A stretch of 64,000 bases of DNA, taken from positions 47,548-111,547 of the forward strand of contig MNCI01000125.1 of assembly GCA_015680685.1 (NCBI GenBank), read 5' to 3'. The stretch is from Gnetum montanum (Eukaryota; Plantae; Gnetophyta). How positions within the stretch are numbered: the stretch's first letter is position 1; each line of letters begins with the position of its first letter. Shown one piece after another: positions 51,134-63,600 of this stretch. A model generated the notes under the pieces. The model had not been told where the DNA came from. It ran no database searches and saw only the letters and a program-made list of their open reading frames with translations. The translations under genes and the position numbers were made by a program.

Positions 51134-54111
51134 TTAATTTCGTAAAAGTTCCGAACTTCCCCCTATTGATGTTCTTAGATTAAGGGGTGGAAGTTGGCGA
51201 CGCACATATTCCAATGTGTCTATGCCTTTGTTGTTAACATGAGTTGTTTCCTTGGTTCTTTCCATGCATATTAGGTTGCTCTTTTTAGTAGCTGTCAACC
51301 ATGGGGTATCTACTACTGGTGTGGTTGCTACATACAGGCACCTTTGAATTTGTATTTCTTGGACACACAGATTACATGGAAGAGATGCTGAACATTCTTC
51401 CATGTCATCATCCTTTGAGTCACTGTATGTAATGCATGAAACTTTCTTCTTCTCTATCTTTGCATATATGTTTACCTTAGATATTTGCAAGGAAAGATCG
51501 CGGATCCCTAGGTACGCATCTACTGTACTTAGCCATGGCCTTCCCACTATAATTGGGAAACCCCCGTTGTTACTGTTAACTTCTATCACCAGGAAATCAG
51601 CTAGGTATGAACACCCACACATAGTGGTAATGATTTCCTTCACCAATCCCAAGGGAATGGTGATGGACTGGTCAGCCAGCTCTAGTTGAATGTTACTCTT
51701 CTTAAGTTGGGACAGGTTCCAGGCTTGATACATTTCTCGTGATATTAAGTTGACCCTAGAACCTGAGTCAAGAGGAGCCTTATGTGGTGCATTCTCGATG
51801 ATTTGTAAATAGATTAAGGGGCTCCCAGGGTTAGATAATTTCCTAGGAAGGTGGCCTACCTTGATCCAGTTGGTTACGGTATGCGTTAACATAACTGTAT
51901 GCGTATAGCTTTGTTGTTGGACTAAAGGGTGCTTCGAAGTTTTAGATGGTGGAGGAGTATACACATACTCAACCACTTATTGTTGTGAGAGCTTGTTTGG
52001 GCTTTTGGTTCTGAAGAAAGGCCTTCTCTTTTTACAGTTGTCAGAACCATAAGCAGGTTGAATATTTACAGCTCTTGCAACGTTACTTTTTTGCGGCTGA
52101 GTGGGGAGTTCCCCTTGCATTGTTGAAGCAGGAGGTATGGGAACTACAGGTGGAAGAGGTGCAGATGGAGTTGGAGGATGGTATGAATGTGAAATGTCTC
52201 CCAAAGGAGGAGTCCTCCTAAAGTACTCTCAAACTTGGTAGTGACGTTGGGGAGTTGTGTGACCCATAGAGTCACTTGGAGAAATTAACTGCTGCACATA
52301 ATATCCATATGGGTCTGGCTACCGGTAAGGGTACTGTTGTGTTGGTGGTGGCATCCCCCATGATTGTGGGCGTTGCCACTACTGATGTTGTCTGATGGGT
52401 TGTGGTGGATTTCCACTTGGATAGTATGTTAATGGTTGGTGGAACTACCTTGGGTTACCTTGAGGATAAGGTAACCTTCGGGGTGTTTACCATTGGTTAA
52501 GTCTCAGATTAAGTGCATACACCCCAAACTCCTGTAGATGTGAGATGATTGGACAACATCCCTTAGGATGATCATATTGGTAGATCTCACATCCACCGTC
52601 ATTGTCTGTGTCAGAATCCACAGCCTCATTGGAGATAGTAATTTTTCCCTTACCCTTGTTATGTGTAGGGCCTAAATCTCTCCACTTTGTCTACCTTTGT
52701 CACTACTTTGTTCCTTCTTAGACTCTTCTAAGATTTTCAATACACTTTCAAGTTTGGAGTCTAAGGAATCCCACAATTGGTCTACCTTAGCCGATACTTC
52801 GGTTGTTAGTTTTTGAATTGGCAAGGTTTTTCTATTCACCAACTCTTCATGTGGTGACTCATCCTCCTCGTCACAAAATCTTACTCCCTTCTATCGAAGG
52901 GCAGGATAACGGTTGTATTCTTCTATACTCTCTCTTTTTTGTAGCTCACCTTATTCTTTTACTACTTGTTCCAACAAGTGATGAACATCATGGGCTCTAA
53001 GTTCTCATAGTCTCCCTTGGGCATAAGTCCCAAGGGTTCCTCTAGTTTCATGCCTTAGCCCATCCATGATGTGGCAAAGTTGGTCCCATTGTGCGTAACC
53101 ATGGTCCGAGCAATGATGTAACAATGTGTAGTAGCGGCCCATGGCAGCATCCAAGGGTTCATGATTACCTTGCTTCCATCCTTGGATCTGCTTATGCAAA
53201 TTAGACACTCTGGAGCACGTTTGATATTTATCATTGAAGAGTTCTAACATCGTACTCCACCTCCTGATGGTTTCCAATTCTAAAAATTAGTACCAACTCT
53301 CTACTTCTTTAGTGAGTGTCCTGGGAAACAACTTAAGTTTTTACCACTCATTTTCTATGTTCTACAAGGTGCAGGCATCATGAAATGCCTGTAAATGATG
53401 TTGCAGATCTAAGTTGTATTCCCCTTCAAAGCGTGGGATATTGTTCATGTCTAAGCGTTTGATCTGGCTATCTCTTTGATGCCTTGTTGGAATCTTAACA
53501 GCCTCCATTATGTTGAGCATACTTCGGGTTGCAAGTAGGGGCTTGTCATGATCATCTCTTTCATGATGCCTATGATGTCTTCGTTATTCCCTACTTTCCC
53601 TTTGGTCATGTCCTTGTCCTCTCTCTTGACTTTCCTGTCAAGGTCTCTCATTTTGCCTACCTCTATCTTCATCATTATGTTCATGGTGGCTGCACCCAGA
53701 TGTGGAAGGAGAGGGTGAGTGGTGAGATGAAGGGGAAGAGGAAGGAGAACCATCTCCATGATGATGCTTCTTTCCTTCTGTTCTGGTGCTATGGCCCTGA
53801 TCGTGATGACGATCTAAGTGCCCTTCCTTATCATGAGTTGTTGTTCCCTCTATGAATAGTTGGAGTTCACAGGGATTAGAACCAGTGTTTTGTATCATTG
53901 ATCGTAAGTTCTGATACCCAACCTCCTTACCATAGTTAGGAGGGGGAACATTATTTGATAAAGAACCTGTTATAATGGGTTCATCATCTCCTATTTCCCT
54001 AAGGATGTGTAGGGCTTTGCCCTTCAACAATGTATGTTGGCTCTCCTGCCTTGAGTCCCTCATATGTTGCACTGCTGTGGGATGATAATTCCTCATGTCA
54101 AAGTCTTTCAA
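51134..54111 (-). pseudogene. Degenerate gag-protease of the nested Athila-like element
   Basis: W..MLELFNDKY...IQGWKQGNHEPL...CSDHG (gag). LSNPGS...LDSGSRVNLIS...LELADQS..PLG...DFLVI...PIIVGRPWL (aspartic protease). No RT follows the stop at 51134. Confidence 0.88.
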
Positions 54112-56941
54112 AACATATTCAGCAGTTCTTTCATGCCAATCTGTGCCAAAGCATGGAGGAGCATGTTAGCGACTGATCGATCTGGGGGTAACACAATGTT
54201 ACCTTGCAAATCTCTCCATCGCAGCTATTTGTCTTGATGGAGGATAAAGGTAAAGTTTGGAATATACTCATCAGGATGAGTATAGACTATCTAGTATTGT
54301 TGAGGACTTGGCAAATTTCAGTTATGTGTTTTTGATTGCCGATTGTTTCGTGTATTATCCCTAGGTGGTGAGTTGCTTTTGTTAGAAGAAGATATTGTTA
54401 TTTATCGATGTGCTAATTGACCGTTTATAAATTTCTATTTAATTAAACCAAAGGTTTGTTTAGGCTCCTAATGATGTGAGTGATATCCTATGTTCTATTT
54501 AGTGCACAAACACTTAGTCCCCAGCAATGGTGCCAATGATGAGTGGCGAGATACCCATACACTCAACCATACAAATACGAGCATAGCACACATGATTCGG
54601 TCAAACTCTGTAGACTAACTGCCTACATGCCCCATGGAACACTTAGGTTTAATCATTCGTTGTCTTCCCAGACTTACTTGTAGTTGTCACGGTGTATGGT
54701 TAAGCAAGTCTGAGGTATATGATTTCTATGCTTTTTATGTTTTATGTCTCCTATGCTAACAAGGTGAAGGGTTAAGAAGACTAATTAACTAACTCTAACT
54801 AATGAACTAAGTCTAAATTAACCTAGCATCAGCATCCATTCCCACTTACCGTACACACCCTAAATTGGTGCAACCTTGGCTACCAAATGCTAATCGTTGC
54901 TGGGATCACCAAGCATAACGCACGTGCTTGAAGTGGTCGTACTGAGGCAATTAAGTAGGAGAGAAGGGTTGAGAAGGATTTAATAACTAATAAAGCATGT
55001 AAATAATAGATAATAAATAATACTAATAAAATCCTATTCCATGCGCTACAAGGTTTATCCACGAAGCTCGTCTTTATTGCCGTACACAAACTTGTGTTCA
55101 AGTACAATGTCTACTCGAATAAAGATCCATTCACTTTGGAACTCCTACTGCAGGCACATGGAAAATATTCTATCTCTAGAGTGATCAATTTACCAGAGTT
55201 TCCGTATTGTCTAGCCTAGGATGAGGAAATAAGGGAGAGCTGCCTCTTATTTATAGATATGACAGTGCATCGCGATATTGTGTACGTGATATCGCAGGGG
55301 AAGATGCAATATCACGTACGTGATATCACATCCCATCAGTTGGCAAGGGCCACCACTACCATGGCCCTTATGGCCATTATGGTAGTGAGGGAGTGCATGC
55401 TAGGTAGGGGTTTCATTTTCTATTTTGGTGCTATGGTTTGAAGGCAAGGATTTTGATGATTGTAATTACTACAATTGTCTATGTACCCACAAATGTATTT
55501 TTTTTATTATTTTATTATTTTCTTAATTCTATGGCATGCATAGTGGAGGGTTTACTAGTGCCACCTTGGTGTGGTAGGGGCGATCGCCACTACACCTGTC
55601 ATGGCTATGTGGAAAAGGGGAGGATTAGCAGCAAGCTTGTGCATGACTATACGTGAGGCAAGGGGCTTGGGTTGCAGTGGTTGTAGCTACTATGTTGATC
55701 AGAGCAACCATGGGGGTGCTCAGGGTAGTAGATCAAGGTTTTGGTGGTGACCATAGGGCTGATGCCTATAGAATCGAGGCTTGACGAGTCACCATTGTGA
55801 TTATCTCTGTTTGCCCCACAATTTTGACTATGCATGGGGCAAGGACAACAATGTTGACAATGTCCATGGGTGGCCATCATAGGGCAAGGGTGATATTAGG
55901 GATTTTCATCATTATTATTTTTATCCATCTATGTGGGGTCTAGGATTGCAACAATGATGGATGGACATGTTGTAGGGGTAGGGAAGTGGTGGTAGGGATG
56001 AGGGTTCAAGGGTTGCTGTTACCTGTAAGGTAGGATGTGTAGCGAAGGCCACAACGAAGCACAAGGTAGGGCAGTGCTGTGGGGCATAGTGGCGTAGCCA
56101 CTGTGGTAGCGACCACAATTGTAGGAGGTGTAGGGATGTAGAGCATAGACTATTATTTCCTTCTGTAAAAAAAAAGATCATTGTTGGAGCTATGCTCCAT
56201 GGGAGTGTAGCCAATAGTCAATCAAATTTTTTAAAAAGAATTTGAAGACTTTGAGGGCTATGCTCCTTGGGAAGCATAGTTGACAATTAGAAAATTTTTC
56301 AAGTTTTTGGACTACACTCCTAGAGGTAGCCTAGAGCTAGAATTTTTTGTGCCTACTTCAAGTTGTGCTACTTGGAGTTAGAAAAAATTTTAAAAATTTT
56401 GTTGAATGTAAAAATATGCCCACAATGCTAAAAACTACGATAACGTTAATCTTGCAAATTGAAATAATGCCAAACTACTAAAACATGTAAACCAAAATAA
56501 TGCGAACATGCACATGTGTGAAGAAAAATACTTTTGCTATGTTAATATGCTATACCTTGATGAGTACCAGCCACATCAAATGTATATTCTAATGTCCTAT
56601 ACTTGCGGGGCCCAAGGGGCCTTATGATATATTTTTTCTAAGTTATGCTATGCCATGGTAGTTTTTGCTAAGTGTAAACTAATGTGTTTTTGACAAAATG
56701 CATCTATTTTATACTAGTGCTACATTCACTTCATTTGTGTGATTGCATGGTGTTGCTAAAGGTAATCTTGGTTGTTGTGGAGCTTGTTAGCATCCTTTGC
56801 TACATGAGTGAGCCTGTGCCCAACACGCCTGCCTTAAATATGAAGTTGGGTCACTAAGTGGTATGGTTTCAGCTAGGGGGATCTAAGTTCTTATCATTCT
56901 TGCTACAGTAGTTTAGTGTGATCATGTGGTTATACTTGGCA

Positions 56942-59900
56942 ATGGAGGCTATGGCTGCCATCATCGAGACATTGCTACCTGGGGCCAATCGAGACATACT
57001 AAGGTTTATGCTTGATGAACCAAAGACCAATGATCATAGAGCAAGTGGTTTGCGGCAAAGCCACAGGGGCTCTCATCCCCTATCCAGGATCTATGGGATG
57101 CCAGAGTTTTCTTGTTATATTAGGAGCAACACCCTCTTCGTTGCTCTGCATGTGCATACCATGTTCCAGAATCCACCTAGAACTATATACTATGCTGGAG
57201 GGTAAGCGCTCTTATGATTCTGCATTATGTTTCTTGTGATCAACCCTTGCTAGATTTGCTAACTGCTAAGTGCTCATGCTTTATGCCAAATTTAAAGTTG
57301 ATGATAAGGGGCTCCATGATGAGCCAGAGGCTCTTGCCTTGACCTACACCACCCTAGAGGTGTTCTTCTCTAGTATGAACTTTTGGCAGGTCATTATTGA
57401 GTAGGTGGGAGAGGACTTAAAGAAATACTCTACCTGGTACTTGAAGGAATTCGAGTGGTGCAAGACTCTTGATTGGCTTGATGAGGGATGGGCTAGTGGC
57501 AAGCCCAACTTTAAGGAGCTAGTTGCACCACCATCACCAATGCGTACACTATTTGTTCCACATAAGCACTTGTTGCTTAGCTTTTAAGCTTGCTCACATG
57601 CACTCATGGATTTCCCCTTGCATAATGATAACATTAATTTTGCCTATGTTACAGCTACAATTGCTTTAGGAGAGATGATGGTGGTTACCACTGGCCATAG
57701 TGAGGCCACCTTCATAATCAAGTACAGTGATGTAGAGGGGCACAACATTGGTTGTGCCATTGAGCCTCAAAGGCATTGACTAATTAGCTCACACGTGTTG
57801 TGTTGATGGACCTTTTTTTGGTCCTTAGCCCAAGCATTTTAGTGGCCAAGATGGTTACCATTATAGAATCCTTTAGCAGCAACACCCACCACTTTGTCAC
57901 CAATGTGCATGAAGTGAGGGTAGTCTTGGACCTTAATGATGCCTTCTTTGCTAATCTCTTTGGCTTCTCCTCTAAGGGCCTATTAGTCATTGACAAGGCT
58001 AGTAGAAAAATGGACAAAAAAGGAGAGATTGAGAAGTGGTTGGAAACGAATCAATCACGTAAAAGCATCATGGTTAAAGACATGCATGTGCCTAATGTCC
58101 AGCAGCTCTACCCTCTTTTTCATGCAAGTGCCTTTCCAAAGTTGCTCTCCCAAGGAAAAAACCTTGGGGTGGAGCAAGCACAAGTGATGAGGGAGGTATT
58201 TGAGGAGGCCAAAAGGTTTAATTAGGCCTCCTTTCTCACTACCAGACTATAAGCCAAGATCACCAGACTTTGCTACAACCTCTAGGCAATGTCTCACGTG
58301 CAATTGGCATTCTTCGTAGCATATTTGTGAAGGTTTGCGGAGGTCTTAGTGGTCCAGGATAGAGGGCACTAGGTAGTGAAGGATTGTGAATAGCTATTGA
58401 AGCCTTGGGTTAAAAACTTGTTCACCACCTCTCACATGTAGGACCCCCTAGAAGGGATCAATGAGTCATATTCGGTTATGACTAAAGGTGATTTGGGAAG
58501 GTCACAGTCACATTACTCCTATGACAGTGTGGGCAAGTGTCCCTCAACTATTATTGGGGATGTGAATATGGTTGATTGTTACATTGTAGAAATAGTGGGG
58601 CCTTCCAAGACAAAGATCAAGAGGCCATGCCCAACAGAGGAGGTTTCCCTTGTAGTTGGCTAGGTAGGTGCAAAGAAAATCCATCTCAAGATACTGACTT
58701 TGCATGTGGATGTTGCAGGTTAGTTCATGTGTAGATGCATTTGTTCTTAAAATTATCTATGTTTGTAATTTTTTATGTTTTCTTATTATGTTACACTAAT
58801 GCAACTATGTTATTTTCATGCATTAGGTGAGAGGGTTGCCAAAGCAATGGTAGTGACAACGGTAGAGATAGCACCTCCTTAAGCTGAGGAGGAGGAGGCA
58901 CCATGGGAAGAGCTACACAAGGCCACAGAGGCCTTCCAGTAGTTTGATATATAGGGGCTATTCTACCTTGATGAGGGTGATTTTTCTAGCCTCTTTGATG
59001 GTGTGCAACTGGGGGATCCTCCTACTCTCACACCTGAGGGCTTACTTTGTAAGTGCTTTATGTTGCCATATATTTTTGTTCTTTTGCTCTTGCATCTTTG
59101 GCTATTTAGTTGTTGCTAAACATTGCATCATGTTGGGTTATAGCCTCGAATGTTCCTGCTAGTGATTCACCACTCGCACTTGTCCACTGCATGAAGCTAT
59201 GGGTTGAGACGCCAGATAAATTTGCCTTCATGGAAGGCATAGTTGAGCACCACATATAGTAGATAGATCCCAAGCTCAGCATGCATGTTTTTTTGCTTAC
59301 ATTTCTTTACTAATTTTATGCTTAGTTTGTGGCTAATGCTGATTTGCTTGTTGCATGCCAATAGGTTCTAAGCTCCTCTAGGATCCGAACCAGGTGATCA
59401 AAGTGGATGCCATCCCCAAGTATCCCCTTGAAGTTGAGCAAGTGCCTTGTTGCATGTACGAGGTAGCTAGCAAGTGCATGCTTTCCAATGCAAAAGCTTT
59501 ATCCAACTACAAGCACTTGAATGAGCAGCTATTGAAATGTGTGCATGAGCTTCAGGAGATAGTGGAAAGGCAAAACTAGAAGATCAGGGAACTTCAATCT
59601 CTATATGGTTTTTTGTTGGCTCGGGCATGGGGAGATGATAGTTGGTGGACTACAGAGATCAATTATGCTAGGTACTAGTTGGCAATCTGGGGCAAGAATG
59701 AGGCCACTTGGGAGGTCATCAAGTAGAGGTTATAGATGGACCTACTTGCTCAGAAAGGCTAGAAGTGAAAGAGCTTTAGTGCTAAGGTGTGCAAGTGGGG
59801 GCACATGTAGAAGGACCACAAGCACCATTACAATTGTGAGTAAGACACATATCTATAACAACTTAAAGAGGGGTTCATCAAAGCTTGCTACCTTGATTTG

Positions 59901-60372
59901 TTCATTGAGGTGATTGGCAGGAGTTGAGCTTTTGAGAGATTTGCTTGCCACATAGTCGTTAGTGATTCTCCTGAGTAAGAGATTGCCATACCTTTAAGGG
60001 AGGCTTTGTTTGCTACCTTTTCTATGCAACTATCCACATGGATCACTATGGATGAAGACAAGACCCTTGCGGGTATTAACTTCAACTAGGAAGACTGGGA
60101 GACTGGGCATAGCTATTAGAGGCTAAGGTCCTCTAATGCTTGGAGGAGAGCCTTGATAGAATGGCCCTAGACATGGTCGATGTGGGACCCTCTTAGGTTA
60201 GTTCTTTTATGTTACTTTTTATGCTTTTTTCTATTAGGTGTATATTGTACACTTGCTTACATTTTTTATGTTTTGATGTTGTCATTGTTGACAGGCACTA
60301 GGCGATGCTGTAGGCCCCAACAACATGATGGAAGAAGAGGAGCCTCTACCCCCACCTGGCACCATTAGTTAG
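56942..60372 (+). pseudogene. Decayed multi-exon accessory gene, antisense within the Tat/Ogre element. About 7 exons: 56942-57201, 57298-57543, 57655-58718, 58827-59048, 59144-~59278, 59365-60196, 60295-60372
   Basis: GC-richer coding-like blocks alternate with 86-111 nt AT-rich introns, five with GT..AG ends. Phases match at three junctions checked. Stops are mostly TAG/TAA. Exon 3 (LNDAFFANLFGF..G...FN*ASFL..RL) resembles plant TE accessory proteins; exon 6 looks coiled-coil. Confidence 0.65.
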
Positions 60373-60559
60373 GTAAATCCTAACATAGCCCTGCCACTGG
60401 GCACTTCTATATTTTGTATATTTTTTTGGTGTAATGCAGGTGATATGTACTACTATGTTTTATGAGATGTAGTGGATTTTTGCTATGTGGAGTGTATGAT
60501 GAGTGGCGTTGTGTATTTATTTGCTATGTGCTGTGGAAATCATGTGATAGATAATGCAA

Positions 60560-60840
60560 TTGCTAGTTTTATGTCATTTCAAGACACACATGTAGATAAT
60601 GCTTTGATAGTTTTAGGCCATTTCAGGCCTTGATGATAAAGAAAATTTAATTGTTACTTTTAGGCCATGGCAGGCCATGCACTATTTTAAGGCCTTTTTG
60701 GGTCATGCGACTTAAGAGAGATTAGTAGTTTTAGGCCATGGTGGGCTGCATAGTAGTTTAAGGCCATTTCAGGCCAGAGATTGCTAATTTAAGGCCATGG
60801 CAAACCATGTGTTGCTAGTTTAAGGCTATAGTGGGCCGTG
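60560..60840. repeat. Tandem array of ~8 units, core (G)CTAGTTT(T/A)AGGCCAT, 3' of gag-protease
   Basis: gtagttttaggccatgg, gtagtttaaggccattt, gctaatttaaggccatgg and related units. Confidence 0.75.
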
Positions 60841-61079
60841 GTATTTCTTTTGTAACTTTTTCATTTTATGGTGTTTATGTATTTTTAAGTTTTATATGTA
60901 AACTAACTACTAAAAGCAACTAAATGAAAATGTAAACTTAGTGCAATGCACAAATAGAGAAAATGCATAAAGAAAGGAATAATGCAAAAGATGCAGACAA
61001 CCAAGCTCATGTAAAATACAAAAAAAAATGTAAACAAGCAAAGTGTGCAAAATTGGGGCAGGCAAGAACCTAATGCCTA

Positions 61080-63600
61080 TTAGACCAAGGGGATACCTTA
61101 GTCACATAGTTGTTTCCAAATTTTGTGTGGGTTAGGAGGTGTGTAGGGTTTGGAGGGTGCAATATGGTATTTTCTCTAAACTTTGTCAACTATGTTAAAG
61201 GGAAATTCTACCCACAAAGTGTCTTCTGAAGGATCAGGGGCTTTTGTTGGCTCTTCGAGTTAGTTTGCTTCACATTTTTCACCTTCGTCCTTTATGGGAG
61301 GAATGTTATCGAGGAACTCCACCTCTAACCCTTACTCAACATTAATGTTGCTAATGATTAAAGGGGCTACATTTTCACCATGTATGATAACCTCTCCACC
61401 TTTGTATAGGAGGTGGATCTCCTAATGGATTGGGGAAGAGACAATCTACAATTGGGCTAACCAGGGCCTACCCAAGATTAGGTTGAAACCTGGCATCTCT
61501 TCAACCACTATGAATTTGGCCGTGGTGGGGTATTACTCCTCTACTACAAAGGCTATTGTGATAGTTTCCTGTACAAAAACAAGAGATCCATTGAAGGATT
61601 TCAAGTAGGTTTTCTTTGTTAATTGAATTTGGTCAGTAAAACTAAGCTTGTTAATGAGTGTGTATGGGATGACATTGGTTGCCAACTTGTCATCGACATG
61701 CACCCTTTGAATTTTTCATTCCCCCATGTAGATGGTAATGAATATCAACACAGTAATGACTTAACCCTTCTTAGGATCCATCTTAATCATCTCATCACAA
61801 AATCCTAGGGGCCTTGAACTTGATTCCTGCGAGGGAAGAGGCAACATCATAGTGTGAATGGACTGTTCGTCCACTGGAATGTCCTCTGTAATGGAAATGA
61901 AAGTCAACATGCATACTAATGCTTCATAATGGGTGGAGGAAGTCATTACCAAGTCATACAGGCTGCTTAACCTATGCTAATGCATCAAGGAAGTCTTTGC
62001 CATGATCTACCACTTTGTTGTTGGTGGCCTTCATCTTCTTCATTCATCCTAAGAGATAAATCTCTCATGGAGTGGATTTGAGCCTTGCTTGTTTTGTTTA
62101 CTTTTGAGCCTCAATGCTTCATTTTTGGCTACTCGATTATTTTAGAGCCTCTGTGCTCCTTGGTTGACTACTTTTTGTTGCCTATTCAACTGGTTGGACC
62201 ATTATTATGGAGGACAAGGGAATAGGACTTGGTGGACCTAATGTCCTTTACTCCTGGTGTTGCCTAAGCATTTGATTAGTGAGGTGCTCGTTGGGCCTCC
62301 TAGTTTGCCATCTCATTTGCTTGTTGGTGTTCCTTGCAAGTTGGGATCATGGTCAAGCAAGGACCAATGCATTACCCACCATCAGGCTTCCAACAAGTGG
62401 GGGGCCTGCATGCTATGACATCCTCATGACGATTGCAACTATAACGTGCTATTGGGCCCTGATCACAAAGGGTGTTATGGGCACCTAAGGTGATGCTCTT
62501 ATGAAAAAAGGGGTTCTTAAACTAGCTGGTGTTGAGGAGGCCCTAGTGTTACTAGAAGGCACATGAACCACGAATGGCTCTTGTTTTGATTTTGCATTGT
62601 CATCAATGTTGATGGCATTGATGATGTACCCTACACTGCCTACATTAATTAGGTCCTTGTAAACCCTCATTGACTAGTTCTAGTGGAGCATCAGGTTGGT
62701 AGCATCAAGGACCAACTCACTCTTGTTAATCATGCATTAGGTGTCATCATACAAAGCCATGCAAAAGTCTATGTCATGACCTTGTAGTTGGTGATACTAG
62801 CACTAAATTGGTATCATGGACACTAAATTTAGTGTATGATACCAATTTAGTGCACCATGGACATAACACTTGGACCCCACAATGTGTTCATGGATTGGGC
62901 CATTGTAAGGGGTGCCAGCATGATAGTTGATATGAATGACACCCGAGTCAAGTATAACAAGCAAGAAATGTGCATGGTGTGTACTTAAGGTTGCATAGGT
63001 GCATTGGTTATTGCTATGGAAGGTTGGACAACCTAAATAGGTCTAATGGGCTAAATAGGCTGAATAGGTTGTGAAGGCTATGTAGAGATGGTAAAAGCAA
63101 CACTAAAGGAAAGAATAAAAGGTGGAGCTACATCTTGGTGTGCCTATGGCATCTGTTGGGTTACCACCACAGGTGTTGACCTGGGCAGTGATGCTAGGCA
63201 GTGGGGACATTAGAGGAATGAAAGTAGAGGCTATTTACTAGAATGAGGCATGGAATGGGTTCTCATGCTTAGATTGAGTCTCAAACTCTTTCAACTTCTC
63301 TTGGAGGGGCTCCTCATTGTCCATTCCTTCCTCACGGCTCATGTTGCAGACAAGGTTGTCCAACATCCACTAGTAATCTTTTGTGAGTGGGACATAGTCA
63401 AAATCAGAGGGGAGCCATTCCATCTTATTTTGATACATGATATTATAACTATGTTTGGCTTTCATTTCTTGGTAGTCTAAAGGCAAACCCATCTGGAGTT
63501 TTGTAGAAATAAAGTGATACTGCTCATCATTGAGCACCATGACCTCAGGAGGTAGGTTGCGTTGCCTAAGAGATTACCTTTGTACTAGGAAAGGACCCTC
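61080..63600 (-). pseudogene. Degenerate gag-protease of the Tat/Ogre element
   Basis: C*YHQLQGHDIDFCMAL zinc knuckle; EMPGFNLILGRPWLAQL*IVSSPIH*EI protease C-terminal motif. Many Gln-to-stop changes. The 5' boundary is approximate. Confidence 0.75.

Larger units (their letters stand above)
47999..55338 (-). mobile_element. Complete non-autonomous Athila-like LTR element (gag + protease only). LTRs 47999-48865 and 54537-55338; TSD GTTGG
   Basis: TG..CA LTR pair with a perfect 5-bp TSD. PBS TTGGCACCATTGCTGGGGAC resembles the Athila tRNA-Asp type; PPT tagtcatgggggta. Retrotrans_gag-like ORF 53005-53277, protease ORF 51134-51976. Confidence 0.93.
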
